Positions 30,501 to 40,176 of a stretch of DNA of 64,000 bases are shown in pieces. Within the stretch, counting starts at the first letter, position 1. Each line of letters opens with the position of its first letter. This DNA is from Blastocatellia bacterium. GTDB lineage: Bacteria; Acidobacteriota; Blastocatellia; UBA7656. The stretch covers positions 224,001 to 288,000 of the forward strand of contig CAVXWP010000016.1 of NCBI GenBank assembly GCA_963765495.1. The letters run 5' to 3'. Position numbers and translations under genes: made by a program. The notes under the pieces were generated by a model. It worked only from the letters and a program-made list of their open reading frames with translations, made no database searches and was not told the DNA's origin.

Positions 30501-31136
30501 GTGCCGGCCGGTCGCTCGATAGAGATGCATCAAATCACGATACGACTGCTCGCGCAAAGGGTCGGCACCGAGCGCGCGGCAAGCAAACGCGATTGCCTGT
30601 TTGAAATCGCCTTCGCTTTCGAGATGCGCGATCAGCCTTTGCAATGCTCCAAGTAGCGATTCGGCAAGCCGCTCTCTTTCGGCAAGAACCCAGTCTTCAT
30701 AAAACCCCGGCAGAAATTCACCCCGATATAAATCTGCCGCTTCTGTCAACAGCCTCCCCTGTGCTGTGTCGTCGCCTGTCTGTGAGGCGCGTTGAAGCGC
30801 CGATTCAAAATCCGCCACATCCGTCATCACGAGGGCAGAATTCAATCGTATTGAAATCCGATCAGCCGCGATAACTGCGCCCACAGTCACACCAGGCGGC
30901 TCCATCTGATGACGCAATGAAGAGAGCGCCACGCTCAGACTGCGACGCCCCGCTTCCGGGTCGCAGTCCGGCCAGAGCATATTTATCAACTCTTCACGGG
31001 GATGAGAACGGTCGCGGTAATAAGCCAGATAGGCAAGCAAAACGGCGGTCTTCTGTGTTCGAAATCGAGTGATGATGCGGTCTTCCTGCTCCAGCCGCAG
31101 CCACCCGAAAAATTCGATCTTCCAGCCTGATGTCAT
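27507..31136 (-). CDS. AfsR/SARP-like regulator: wHTH-BTAD, cyclase-like domain, STAND ATPase, TPRs
   Basis: LLAYLA, LYRGEFLPG...WVLAERERL, TVTFLLLDI, GPGGTGKT, LVLDNFEH, GIPLALELAA, TPRs. Confidence 0.92.
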   Translation of the reverse strand: MTSGWKIEFFGWLRLEQEDRIITRFRTQKTAVLLAYLAYYRDRSHPREELINMLWPDCDPEAGRRSLSVALSSLRHQMEPPGVTVGAVIAADRISIRLNSALVMTDVADFESALQRASQTGDDTAQGRLLTEAADLYRGEFLPGFYEDWVLAERERLAESLLGALQRLIAHLESEGDFKQAIAFACRALGADPLREQSYRDLMHLYRATGRHSTALRQYNELKRILREELDIAPNAESRKLADEIMAERQTAGETQDSEISTDADAEGDMSITAGPRRPFSSIRAPQTLVIPPFGTVTFLLLDIQDSSALRQQGEEALKQALEAYDKQTRKTIQKHGGQVVREAGEVLWAAFARASDAIAAAIESHQWLDTHHGSSEPGMIQLLPLRARSALHTGEVGSKGEGFFGSDLDHAARLLAATHGGQLLCSEATAALLSHALEPGPRLIDLGIYRLRGVENPERLFQVNYPGVPERKFPPPAAEHGYSGTLPFQVTRFFGREPELAELQEIVLGTETRLVTITGPGGTGKTRLSLESARRLLAPLQGAVWFVPLAEIRDPDLIIESVLDAIGMQRTVGVEPVEQVVEASSRQPALLVLDNFEHLVTEGAPVIQALLERAALLKCMVTSRRLLNLEGEREFPLSPLPPPEETNSPEQLVLNASVRLFLDRAQAVRPDFQVTKRNASAVAQLCRRLEGIPLALELAAARAQVLTSAQMLARSVQRFDLLVSRQRGIAARHRTMRAAVDWSYQLLTPELQKFFARLSVFRGGWTLEAVEAVCEVPSALDLLTELRECSIIQGRVVEAEMRFQMLETMREFAMEGLDSDERARLERRHAEYYLALAERANLELRGPEQVAWLNRLSADHDNLRAALEWSKSNVDDEETGLRFGYALWRFWYARGHLSEGRKQLADVLALTSEHTIARAKALNIAGAVAYYESNLVAARTFYEESLTIHRELGDKQNTAFLLNNLACVADDQGDYARARPLYEEAIALYREIGDQWGIANSLLNLGTDFYSQGDIATARSLYEESLDILNQLGDKFSIAHLLLNLGDALKEESDLVGSRTAYEEALALYRELEHANGIADCLDRFGRIAYEEGDYDKARSLFEEALAIRIELEGRQGLILSLESFGVLALAEGKAERSARLFGAAAALRKKIGIPLPPTEQRRQDKYLDALHRLLSEKEYASAWQSGEALDWEKATAYLLEETGETGS

Positions 31137-31471
31137 ATTCCTTTGGCCTTACGAGAAATATTATTCGGCAATCAAGTAAATTATCTTATACGCTGAACCG
31201 GACCGCTCTTTTTTCATTTATGCAGCGTTAACAGTCTATACGGTGGAACCTTCTCTATGTCGGACGCTCTACCTTTTTAGCTTTAACTCAGGTTCAGTAT
31301 TATAGTCACAACGCCTTTCTATAGGCAATGCGTAACCCACACCACGAACAATCAATCTACTTTGTCTATTGCATTGGAACGTTTGTTGACTCGTCAGGCG
31401 GCAGCAATCTACGAGATTCGAGTTCTCAGATGAGCTAGAGCGGATTTCAATTGGGCATACCAAAAGGGAGA

Positions 31472-31540
31472 CCACGAATTACACGAATATTCACGAATAT
31501 TCATCAATTTTTCGTGGTTATTCGTGCAAATTCGTGGCTA
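31472..31540. repeat. Intergenic inverted repeat of CACGAAT units
   Basis: CACGAATTACACGAATATTCACGAA...TTCGTGGTTATTCGTGCAAATTCGTGG. Confidence 0.65.
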
Positions 31541-31578
31541 AATCCAGGTGCTATTTGCTCTAGGGAGAAAGAAAAATG

Positions 31579-31651
31579 AAACTCCTCGCAGCAAGCTGCG
31601 AGGTATCACAGGAGAGAGAGGAAAAGGAGCCACAGCAAGCTGCGGGGAATT
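31579..31651. repeat. Pair of REP / IS200-605-end-like palindromes
   Basis: CCTCGCAGC-AA-GCTGCGAGG and CCACAGC-AA-GCTGCGG. Confidence 0.55.
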
Positions 31652-31713
31652 GCCTGACCCTCCTCAGATTAAATAAATTTGCAGTAGATGGCTTTTCGGC
31701 AGGTAGGAAGGGA

Positions 31714-31745
31714 GAGGTGCGGCGATTGTTCCGCCGCACCTTTTC
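31714..31745 (-). terminator. Hairpin terminator of the aminopeptidase gene
   Basis: AGGTGCGGCG-ATTGTTC-CGCCGCACCT. Confidence 0.6.
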
Positions 31746-31753
31746 AGCAATGG

Positions 31754-34273
31754 TTAATTCTTCTTCTCTTCTGCTTTTTTCGGGTTCTTTATCTGATTGA
31801 TAACATTCATAACGAACCCTCTGGCAAAACCGGGCAGATCATCCGACTTTGCCAGTTTCTCAAGCGCCGGTAGGGCGCGCGGATCGCCCGTCGCCTGAAT
31901 CGCCTGGAGCGCATTGAATTTCACCTGTAGCGATGGCTCTTCGAGGGCCGAGATCAATACATCCAGAGCCTGTTTATTTCCCTTGCCTGCGCTTGCAAGC
32001 AGTTTGAAAGCCGCTCCCCGCACAGATGCCGGGTTTCCGGGCGCAGCATATTTCATCCCTATTTCGAGCGCCTTCGGGTCGCCCAGCGCCGCAAGCCCTG
32101 AAATCGCGCCCGCCCGAATCGTGCCGTTCCAGGACTCCTGCTTCAGGGTTTCGGTCAGGAGAGCGTAAGCCTGAGGAGCGCCCGTTTGCCCGAGCGCGGT
32201 CGCGGCCTCAGATATTGCGAAATAGCTCGGATCGGAATTTATGATCTTTACAAAGAGGTCGGCCAGATTCGGATCTTTGAATTTAGCCAGCCCCTTGATC
32301 GCTTCGCGCCGGATGCGCGAATCTTTGTCTTTAACCGCCTCAAGCAACCCCTGGCGAGCCGGGTCGGTGTTGAATCCTGCCAGCGCCTCGGTAGCCTCGA
32401 TACGCACGCCCCAGAAGGCATCCGACCGCGCGGCTTCCGAAAGCGCTTTGGCGGCAGTGTCGCTGTGATTTGCCGCAAGCTGGCTTGCCGCAAGCACGCG
32501 CCCCATCGAATCCTTGTCGTGCAGCAATTGATAGGCAAGCTCTTCTTCCGTGCGGTCAAACTTCACCTTCTTTATAAGGTAATTGCCACGGTCGAAATTC
32601 ACTATCAGAGGTTTAGAGTCTACGTCGAATGTGAACTCCTTTTCCGGTTGATCTATCCATACGCGATGGACATGCTCGCCCGAGAGGGTCGTGACGGCGA
32701 TGTCTACGGGCATGGTGAAATATTCGGGCTGTTCAAACCACGGATGCTTGTCGTCTTTTGAGACCGTCTGTTTGACCGTCATCTTGAGCGACTTTGCCGA
32801 CGGATCGAAATTTGACGTAATGGTGAATTCCGGGTGGCCCATCTTGTAGACCCACTCATCGAAAAACCACCCGAGGTTTTGCCCCGTGGCCTCTTCTATC
32901 GCGACGACGAGTTGCGACGTCTCCACATTCTGCCACTGATACTTTTTGACGTAATGATTTATAGCCTTCCAGAACAATTCCTCGCCGAGCGTAAAGCGCA
33001 GCATGTTGAGCACTGCGCCGCCGCGCGGATAGGCGTATGTGTCAAACAAAGCGTCCGGGTCTCCGTAGCGCTTTGTGACTATGGGGCGGCGGTTGCCCTG
33101 ATCCCATGTCTGGTAATAGCCCTTTTGATTTCCGAGCATCTCGTAGAGGTATGCGTCTTTGCCTTTGTCGTGCTCGGTCCACAGAGCTTCAAAGAAGGTG
33201 GCGAAAGATTCGTTCAGCCAGATCTCGCCCCAATCGCGACACGTCAGCAGGTCGCCAAACCACTGATGCGCCAGTTCGTGCGAGGCTATCTCGTCGCTCG
33301 ATAAATCCAGATGGGCTCGCTCGTCGTGGAGGGCGTTGTCGGTCATCGTCGTCGCGGTAACGTTCTCCATCGCGCCGCCGAAATCCCGCACAAGCGTCTG
33401 CGCATATTTATTGTAGGGGTAATCATAGCCGATCTTTTCGGAAAAGAATGCGACCATATCAGGCAGCTTTCCGAAGGAGACGCGCCCTTCTTCGAGGTGG
33501 CCCGGGTAGACGTTTGAAACCACAGGGATGGATTTAAACTGCCCTTTGACCTGCTCGTACTGGCCTACGATTATTGAAACCAGATAACTCGAAAACGGCC
33601 TATCCATCTTCCAGTGCCAGGTCTTTGTCTTCTTCCCCGCATCACTTGTGACGCCGACAAGCTCTCCATTCGAGACGACCTGATACTTGTCTTCGACCGT
33701 GGCGATCATTTCCGACGTAGCCTTATCGTTTGGATAGTCATAGCAGGGGAACCAGTAATGGTTTGTCTTTGCCTCGCCCTGCGACCATATTTGATAAGGA
33801 CGGGTCGGGTCGGCCTCAGACGGCGTGATAAAGGTCAGCCCCTGAGTCGGCGTTGCAGTGTAGTCAATTACGACTGCGACATCCTGAGCAGGGTTGTAGC
33901 CGTGGTCGAGTGTGACATAGAGCTTTTCATCGCCTTCGTATCTGTACTTGAGCGCGTTGCCGGAAGCGAGCTTTACCGATTTGATCTGCATATGACCGGC
34001 GTCTATCTCAAGCTCTGTCAAACCGTCTTTGAAAGGGCGGAAAGTGATAGTGGTTTCGCCCGTCACCGATCTTTTTACCCAGTCGAAACTCAAGGCTATC
34101 TTGTAGTGTTGAACATCATAATCGTGACTGCGGGGCCACTGGTAAGGCGGCGCTTCGGGGGCTTTCGCCGGAGCGGGCGCCTGAGCCCAGCCCCCGAGCG
34201 GAGCCGCTACAAGTAGAAAAGCGAGCGCAAGCGCCCGCGTGAATCTGAAGAGATTATGTCGAGGTTGAGTCAT
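31754..34273 (-). CDS. M1-family (PepN-like) aminopeptidase with C-terminal HEAT repeats, exported
   Basis: GAMEN, HELAHQWFG...WLNESFA, AYPRG, signal peptide. Confidence 0.95.
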   Translation of the reverse strand: MTQPRHNLFRFTRALALAFLLVAAPLGGWAQAPAPAKAPEAPPYQWPRSHDYDVQHYKIALSFDWVKRSVTGETTITFRPFKDGLTELEIDAGHMQIKSVKLASGNALKYRYEGDEKLYVTLDHGYNPAQDVAVVIDYTATPTQGLTFITPSEADPTRPYQIWSQGEAKTNHYWFPCYDYPNDKATSEMIATVEDKYQVVSNGELVGVTSDAGKKTKTWHWKMDRPFSSYLVSIIVGQYEQVKGQFKSIPVVSNVYPGHLEEGRVSFGKLPDMVAFFSEKIGYDYPYNKYAQTLVRDFGGAMENVTATTMTDNALHDERAHLDLSSDEIASHELAHQWFGDLLTCRDWGEIWLNESFATFFEALWTEHDKGKDAYLYEMLGNQKGYYQTWDQGNRRPIVTKRYGDPDALFDTYAYPRGGAVLNMLRFTLGEELFWKAINHYVKKYQWQNVETSQLVVAIEEATGQNLGWFFDEWVYKMGHPEFTITSNFDPSAKSLKMTVKQTVSKDDKHPWFEQPEYFTMPVDIAVTTLSGEHVHRVWIDQPEKEFTFDVDSKPLIVNFDRGNYLIKKVKFDRTEEELAYQLLHDKDSMGRVLAASQLAANHSDTAAKALSEAARSDAFWGVRIEATEALAGFNTDPARQGLLEAVKDKDSRIRREAIKGLAKFKDPNLADLFVKIINSDPSYFAISEAATALGQTGAPQAYALLTETLKQESWNGTIRAGAISGLAALGDPKALEIGMKYAAPGNPASVRGAAFKLLASAGKGNKQALDVLISALEEPSLQVKFNALQAIQATGDPRALPALEKLAKSDDLPGFARGFVMNVINQIKNPKKAEEKKN

Positions 34274-34406
34274 ATATTGGTCCTTTGCACGTTGTCATTT
34301 GTCCGTCGTACATCGTTGAATTCTTCGCCTGTTGCTTCAGGGCTTCATACGACTGCCGGGATTCAGTGTTCCGAACAACGGGCAAATGACAACGGACTAT
34401 TGCGGT

Positions 34407-35432
34407 CTAATTTCCTTTCATCTCATCATAAACCGCTCCGATATTGGATTGAAAGCGCTGATCGTAACCGTTATAGGCTGTGTACTGAGGAAGCCTGACA
34501 GAATCAAGCGCCTGTTGGCGCGATTTGCCCGCATCTATTGCCTGTTTAACGGCGGCGCGCAGATCGATGAAGTATTGCTTGAAGGCCTTCAAATCGTTTA
34601 CGCCCGTGACCTCGCCGTGGCCCGGAATGACTTGAGATGCGGGGTCCACCCTCGCAACCACGGCGTCTATCGTCTCGATCCATTCGGCGGTCGAAGCGCC
34701 GTGATCCCGATCTATGAAGGGGATCATTTTATTGAAAAACAGATCGCCCATGTGAACTATCTTCTGTTCGGGAAAATAGATAATGGAGTCACCGTCCGTG
34801 TGGCCGCGCTTGACGTGAAAGACCTGAATCTCTTTGCCGCCGAGATACAGATTGATCTGGTGATTGAAGGTCAGATTGGGAGCGGGGATTTCGGCGACCT
34901 TTACGGCGCGCGCGGTCTCGACATTCTTTTTCCAGCTTTCAAGTTGAAACCGCAATCCGTCGAGGTCGCTTGATTGAGGATTATCTTTTTCGAGTTGAGC
35001 GATCTTCGCCTCAAGCTCGCCGATTCTCTTCGTTCCCACCTCAATAGTTTCCTCGGGCTGTGCGAGCATGTGTTTTCGGACGTTTTCGTGAGCGACGATT
35101 GTAGTCATCTTGATAAAGTACGCGTTGCCGCCCGTGTGATCGCCGTGATGGTGGGTGTTGATCAGAAAACGAATGGGCAGGTTTGTGACCGATTTGATCT
35201 GCTCGCCTATGCCGGGCGCAAGATCGGCAAATTGATCGTCTATTACGACCACGCCTTCTGCGGTCACGGCAAAGCCTATGTTGCCGCCGCGCCCGTATAA
35301 CACATAAACATCTTCGGAAAGCTTCTTGAGCGTAAAGGGCCCTTTGTCCTGCGGCTTTCCGTCGTGACCGTAGCCGGGTTCGCAGAGCGAGAAGAGGAAA
35401 AAGATCAAGGCCAGGGAAACGAGTCTTTTCAT
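34407..35432 (-). CDS. Exported MBL-fold metallo-hydrolase
   Basis: INTHHHGDHTGGN, GHTDGD, MGDL, IPGHG; signal peptide. Confidence 0.92.
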   Translation of the reverse strand: MKRLVSLALIFFLFSLCEPGYGHDGKPQDKGPFTLKKLSEDVYVLYGRGGNIGFAVTAEGVVVIDDQFADLAPGIGEQIKSVTNLPIRFLINTHHHGDHTGGNAYFIKMTTIVAHENVRKHMLAQPEETIEVGTKRIGELEAKIAQLEKDNPQSSDLDGLRFQLESWKKNVETARAVKVAEIPAPNLTFNHQINLYLGGKEIQVFHVKRGHTDGDSIIYFPEQKIVHMGDLFFNKMIPFIDRDHGASTAEWIETIDAVVARVDPASQVIPGHGEVTGVNDLKAFKQYFIDLRAAVKQAIDAGKSRQQALDSVRLPQYTAYNGYDQRFQSNIGAVYDEMKGN

Positions 35433-35450
35433 GAAGTTCACTCCGTACAG

Positions 35451-35554
35451 GTGATGCGCGATGCGTGATTCGTGATTTAGCAGTCCTGCAAGACCGCTTA
35501 AACCTGCGGCCTGCCTGAAAGTCACGGATCACGTATCACGCATCGCGCATCGCG
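35451..35554. repeat. Intergenic heptamer-based inverted repeat
   Basis: GTGATGCGCGATGCGTGAT...ATCACGCATCGCGCATC. Confidence 0.75.
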
Positions 35555-36124
35555 TTATGGTTTTTTAGCGCCGTCGTGATCGTGGTCGCCGTCGCTGTGC
35601 TCGTGCGGGGCCAGATAAGGAACCTTCGCCTCGGCCCAGGCGCTAAATTTGCCGAGTCGGCCTTCAAGCACGAACGTGTCGGTATCGTTATTCGGGCGCA
35701 GGTCGAAGCTCAGATAATTGACCGTAGATGCGCCCGTGCTTGTCTGCAAGGGAATCTCTATATCCTTTCCTTCGCCGCTCAGAACAAGTTTGAAATCGTC
35801 GTTTGCGCCAAAATTTATGCCCATACCATAAGAGCCTTTTGGCACATTCACGCCACCGATTACGATATCGAATTCCGTATCGAACATGCCGATCTTTTTC
35901 CACAATACCGAATTGAGACGTGTGCGTAACTGGTCGTTCTTCTTGGCGGCCATATAGCCGGGCTCGTTCCAGTGAAGCGATTTGTAGGTCATCGTGAGTT
36001 TGCCCGCACCCTCTATACTGAGCGCGTGGGTGAACTCCTTTGCGGTTGTGCGCGGATCGTGGGCGAATACGATTTGAGATGCCGTCAGAAAAATCATCAG
36101 AGCCGAAAAGAGTATCTTCTTCAT
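35555..36124 (-). CDS. Exported hypothetical protein (DUF2911-like) with a His-rich tail
   Basis: Signal peptide, IVIGGVNVPKGSY; GGAG RBS. Confidence 0.7.
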   Translation of the reverse strand: MKKILFSALMIFLTASQIVFAHDPRTTAKEFTHALSIEGAGKLTMTYKSLHWNEPGYMAAKKNDQLRTRLNSVLWKKIGMFDTEFDIVIGGVNVPKGSYGMGINFGANDDFKLVLSGEGKDIEIPLQTSTGASTVNYLSFDLRPNNDTDTFVLEGRLGKFSAWAEAKVPYLAPHEHSDGDHDHDGAKKP

Positions 36125-36634
36125 TTACTAATCTCCTTGTTATGCGCGCCCTTCACCCGAAGCGTGGTGGATGAGGTCGAAGCGGCGCGATTGGTTTGGC
36201 CTTGCGGCCTGTACAAACGCTGATAGTTCCAAGCAGGTCTCGCCCGATAAGCTATAACCGTGCTTTGACTGATGCTTTAACAATCAGGGCCTCGCCGGGC
36301 GAAGCGAAAATTATATCTTCCAGCCAGCAATGTTACAACGCGAGCGGGATAACTGCGACGAGGGCGGCGCGAAGTGGACGGGCTTGATGATGAATTTGTT
36401 TATCGTCCGTTTTGCGTCTCAGCGGGCAACTATTCCCCGCAACGTCGCAAAGTAGGATAAAGCACGTTATGGATTCCCTGAAAATTAAATGGCCCTGCAA
36501 CCGATAACGGGTAAAACCTAATGTTGACTTGGATTGATTGCCTAACCTACTATTGATGAGAGCGATGAAACGGTGAAGCTGATCATAAGCTTATCTCCCT
36601 CAAAATTCGCTGGAGTACGGGTGAGGAAATAGTT

Positions 36635-36979
36635 ATGGGTAATCTTGGATGGACTGAGATTTTAGTTATTCTCGTCATTGCATTGATCATATTCGGCCCG
36701 CGCAAGCTGCCGGAACTGGGAAAGAGTCTGGGGCAGAGCCTGGCTCAATTCCGCAAGGCAAGCGACGACTTTAAAGCTACGTGGACGGCGGAGGTCGAAA
36801 CCGAAAGGCAAAAACTGGAAGCGCCGCCCAGGATCGAGCCTGCCGCCGACACTACCGCCAGAGCCTATCAGGAGGGAGAGAACGATTTTCTTCCTTCTAT
36901 CACACCTGTTGACGAGATGCCTGCTACAGTTTCCCGCGACGATTCAATAACCAAACAGGCCAAAAGCGACTGGATGTAG
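36635..36979 (+). CDS. tatA: Twin-arginine translocase TatA/B subunit
   Basis: LGWTEILVILVIALIIFGPRKLPELGKSLG; directly upstream of tatC. Confidence 0.88.
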   Translation: MGNLGWTEILVILVIALIIFGPRKLPELGKSLGQSLAQFRKASDDFKATWTAEVETERQKLEAPPRIEPAADTTARAYQEGENDFLPSITPVDEMPATVSRDDSITKQAKSDWM

Positions 36980-37052
36980 AGTACAGAGCAAAGGGGCTAA
37001 GGGCTAGTGGCAAATGGCTCTTTGCTCTTTGTTCTTAGCTCCGTAACCTTAT

Positions 37053-38117
37053 ATGAGCACAGCTACCGAGACATACGAGGAAAAAGACCTGCACCAGGAA
37101 GAAGGGGGCATGTCGTTTCTCGAACATCTGGACGAGTTACGCACGCGCCTCATTCGCAGCGCACTGTTCGTGCTCGTGGCGTTTGCCCTTTGCTGGGCAT
37201 TTTCCGACAGGATTTATGATTTCCTGCAAGTGCCGGTTCGCGCCGCTATGACCGAGGCCAACCGGGAGGCGAGAACCCCTCTGCCGGGGAGTGTTACGCT
37301 CCTGTCCCTGGTGGACCTTCCCGACGGCACGCTGGTCAACTTCACATTTCCTACAGAAACCAGAATAGATCAGGCGCTTATCCCGGCCGGGACTACGATC
37401 ACTGTAAAGGTACAGCTGGGAGCGGACGGCGTACCCGATCTGGTTACCGACAAACCCTGGGTGATAAACAACCGGGCGGTAATACCGGAAGGTTACAGGG
37501 TGCCGCGCGAAATGATTGCGCCCACAGCCGCCACGATGGGGTCAGACACCCGGCTCGTAGTGGGAACCGTGCAGGGAGCCTTCAATCTATATATCAAGGT
37601 CTCTTTCTATGCGGCGCTCTTTTTCGCCGTGCCGTTTCTGCTGGTTCAGGTCTGGGGATTTGTGTCGCCGGGACTCTATCCGCACGAGAAGAAATATGCC
37701 GCGCCCTTCATCATAATGGCTTCGGCATTCTTCCTTCTGGGTTGCGCCTTCGCATATTACATCGCATTTCCGCGCGCGGCCAATTTTCTGCTGGGAGTGG
37801 CGGCCGAAGGCAACCTCAGACCGCTTGTGACCGCAGACGATTATTTCGATCTTATAATCACGATAATGCTCGGGCTCGGGCTGGTCTTCGAGATACCGGC
37901 GGTGACGCTGTTTCTGGCGCGGATGGGTCTTGTGACGCCGCGATTGCTGTTAAAGGTCTGGCGCTTTGCCATAATCGGCATATTCATAGTGGCGGCGGTG
38001 TTATCGCCCACGACCGATATACCGAATCTGCTGGTCTTTGCCGCACCGATGCTGTTGCTCTACTTCCTGAGCGTAGGCATCGCCTGGATTTTTCACCGTA
38101 AGCGAGAGGCCCGCTAA
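37053..38117 (+). CDS. tatC: Twin-arginine translocase TatC with an enlarged first periplasmic loop
   Basis: MSFLEHLDELRTRL, WGFVSPGLYPHEK, FEIP, SPTTD. Confidence 0.95.
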   Translation: MSTATETYEEKDLHQEEGGMSFLEHLDELRTRLIRSALFVLVAFALCWAFSDRIYDFLQVPVRAAMTEANREARTPLPGSVTLLSLVDLPDGTLVNFTFPTETRIDQALIPAGTTITVKVQLGADGVPDLVTDKPWVINNRAVIPEGYRVPREMIAPTAATMGSDTRLVVGTVQGAFNLYIKVSFYAALFFAVPFLLVQVWGFVSPGLYPHEKKYAAPFIIMASAFFLLGCAFAYYIAFPRAANFLLGVAAEGNLRPLVTADDYFDLIITIMLGLGLVFEIPAVTLFLARMGLVTPRLLLKVWRFAIIGIFIVAAVLSPTTDIPNLLVFAAPMLLLYFLSVGIAWIFHRKREAR

Positions 38118-38318
38118 GGACTGTCGAAGTTGTGTCGCAAGTTTAAGATTCGGTTTCATTCTATGGGTGTCTGAAAGGAAGACCGGGCACGCAGAGAGAG
38201 TACTTGACCGGCTGGAAGCGCTCCACGTAAACTTAGATTTCAGATTTTTCAACGCTCACTTTATGCACAACCTTTGAGAGACAAGGTTATAGCCACTCAG
38301 GCGAAAGGAGTAGTAGTA

Positions 38319-39980
38319 ATGAAGAGTGATCTTAGCCTCTTCAAAAAGGTTTTCGGCATCACCATGATTTTGATCTTGGTAGCCGGAGTGGTCCCCGCAG
38401 CGCTTGCGCGTGATGGCCAGCAAAAAGACCCTAATGAAAAGAAGAAACGGCAAGAGCTTAATAGCGTCTACAAAAAATGGATCGATGAAGATGTCAATTA
38501 CATCATCACCGATCAGGAACGCAAAGCCTTCAAGGCGCTCAAGACAGACGAAGAGCGCGACCAGTTTATAGAGCAGTTCTGGCTGCGCCGTGACCCCGAT
38601 CCCGATACCCCCGAAAACGAGTACAAAGAGACATACTACGAACGCATACAATATGCCAACGAGCATTACGCTTCGGGGATACCGGGCTGGAAGACTGACC
38701 GGGGACGCATTTATGTGATGTACGGCAAGCCGGATGAGCTTGAGTCTCACCCGTCGGGCGGCTCTTATGACCGCCCCACATATGAAGGCGGCGGGTCTAC
38801 GACTACCTATCCTTTCGAGATATGGTGGTATCGCTATATCGAAGGCATAGGCTCCGACATCGAGATAGAATTTGTTGATCCCACAGGCACAGGCGAATAC
38901 CGCATAGCTCGCAGCCCTGATGAAAAGGATGCTCTGCTTTATGTGCCAAATGCGGGTCTTACGCTTGCCGAAAGCCTCGGCCTAAGCTCCAAAGCCGACC
39001 GCATCGGCGGAAACGGGTTGTATGGACAGAGCAACGGCGTTTTCGGCACCAGAGCCAAGGACAGCCCTTTCGAGCGGTTGCAATTGTGGAACGATCTGCA
39101 AAAGCCGCCCACTATAAAATTCCGTGACCTCCAGATCCAGGCCGATCTTCCCGAAATCGCTACCGATATTTTGCCGTTTAGCGTGCGCACCGATTTTATG
39201 CGTATTACAAACGACGCGGTCGCCACCTCCTTTACCATGCAGTTCGATCACACGGATCTCTCTTTCAAGAATGTAGGCGGCATATATTCGTCCTCAGTGA
39301 ATATTTTTGCGAGGATAACGAGCCTGACAGGCCGCCGCGAAGGTAAGTTCGAAGATGTGGTCGAGACGGCGCGTTATACCGAGGACCAGCTTGCAGTAGG
39401 CCAGCTTCAGCGCTCGGTTTATGAAAAGAATGTTGTGCTGCCGCCGGGCCGCTACAAGCTCGATGTCGTAGCGCGTGATGTGGTCAGCGGCAAGACCGGA
39501 ATACTTCATCACTCGTTTGAAGTGCCCCGGTATCAGGAAAAGCAACTCGCAACAAGCACGCTGATACTGGCTACCTCTATCGAACCGCTCGACAATCGAA
39601 CCATAGCCGCGGGCGCGTTTATCAAAGGCCGCTACAAGGTCAAGCCTTTTGTGAGCGGCGTCTATAAACCCGGGCAGAATCTTGCGCTGTTCCTTCAGGT
39701 CTATGACGCGCAGATGGATCAGGCTACGCTACAACCGGCCCTCAAAGTCGAATATATAATCACAAAGGGCAATCAAGAGGTCCTGCACATCGTAGAAGAT
39801 GGAAAGACCAAACAGGGCATCATGGATCTCAAGGGGCAACAGTTAGTGCTTGCTCGGGCCATACCCTTACAGGAGCAACTGGCGCAACCGGGCACCTACA
39901 CGCTCACGGCCAAAATCACCGATCTGGTCTCTCAAAAGGTGGTCACACCACAGACCCAGTTCACCGTCGTGAATCGGTAG
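38319..39980 (+). CDS. GWxTD domain-containing exported protein
   Basis: [25 protein letters not shown]; signal peptide; AAGGAG RBS. Confidence 0.93.
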   Translation: MKSDLSLFKKVFGITMILILVAGVVPAALARDGQQKDPNEKKKRQELNSVYKKWIDEDVNYIITDQERKAFKALKTDEERDQFIEQFWLRRDPDPDTPENEYKETYYERIQYANEHYASGIPGWKTDRGRIYVMYGKPDELESHPSGGSYDRPTYEGGGSTTTYPFEIWWYRYIEGIGSDIEIEFVDPTGTGEYRIARSPDEKDALLYVPNAGLTLAESLGLSSKADRIGGNGLYGQSNGVFGTRAKDSPFERLQLWNDLQKPPTIKFRDLQIQADLPEIATDILPFSVRTDFMRITNDAVATSFTMQFDHTDLSFKNVGGIYSSSVNIFARITSLTGRREGKFEDVVETARYTEDQLAVGQLQRSVYEKNVVLPPGRYKLDVVARDVVSGKTGILHHSFEVPRYQEKQLATSTLILATSIEPLDNRTIAAGAFIKGRYKVKPFVSGVYKPGQNLALFLQVYDAQMDQATLQPALKVEYIITKGNQEVLHIVEDGKTKQGIMDLKGQQLVLARAIPLQEQLAQPGTYTLTAKITDLVSQKVVTPQTQFTVVNR

Positions 39981-40007
39981 ACGCACTCTTTTTCCGCGTC
40001 CCCGTTT

Positions 40008-40042
40008 GAAAAGGGCTTGCTCACGCAGGCCCTTTTTCTTTT
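40008..40042 (+). terminator. Rho-independent terminator
   Basis: GAAAAGGGCTTGC-TCAC-GCAGGCCCTTTTTCTTTT. Confidence 0.8.
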
Positions 40043-40176
40043 GTTTCGACCGGAAATTCGAGCATCCCGAAATTAATATTCACCGGGCTGATGCAGTCGT
40101 ATGAATTTATCTTTCCGTTTCAGATTCATCTTGATATTATCTGTCACTAGCGTAGGTGCGACAGGCTAAAGGATCC

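Noticed and set aside
36130-36420. Possible tRNA or riboswitch in a GC-rich intergenic region
   Set aside because: No cloverleaf, T-loop or known riboswitch motif was recognisable by eye.
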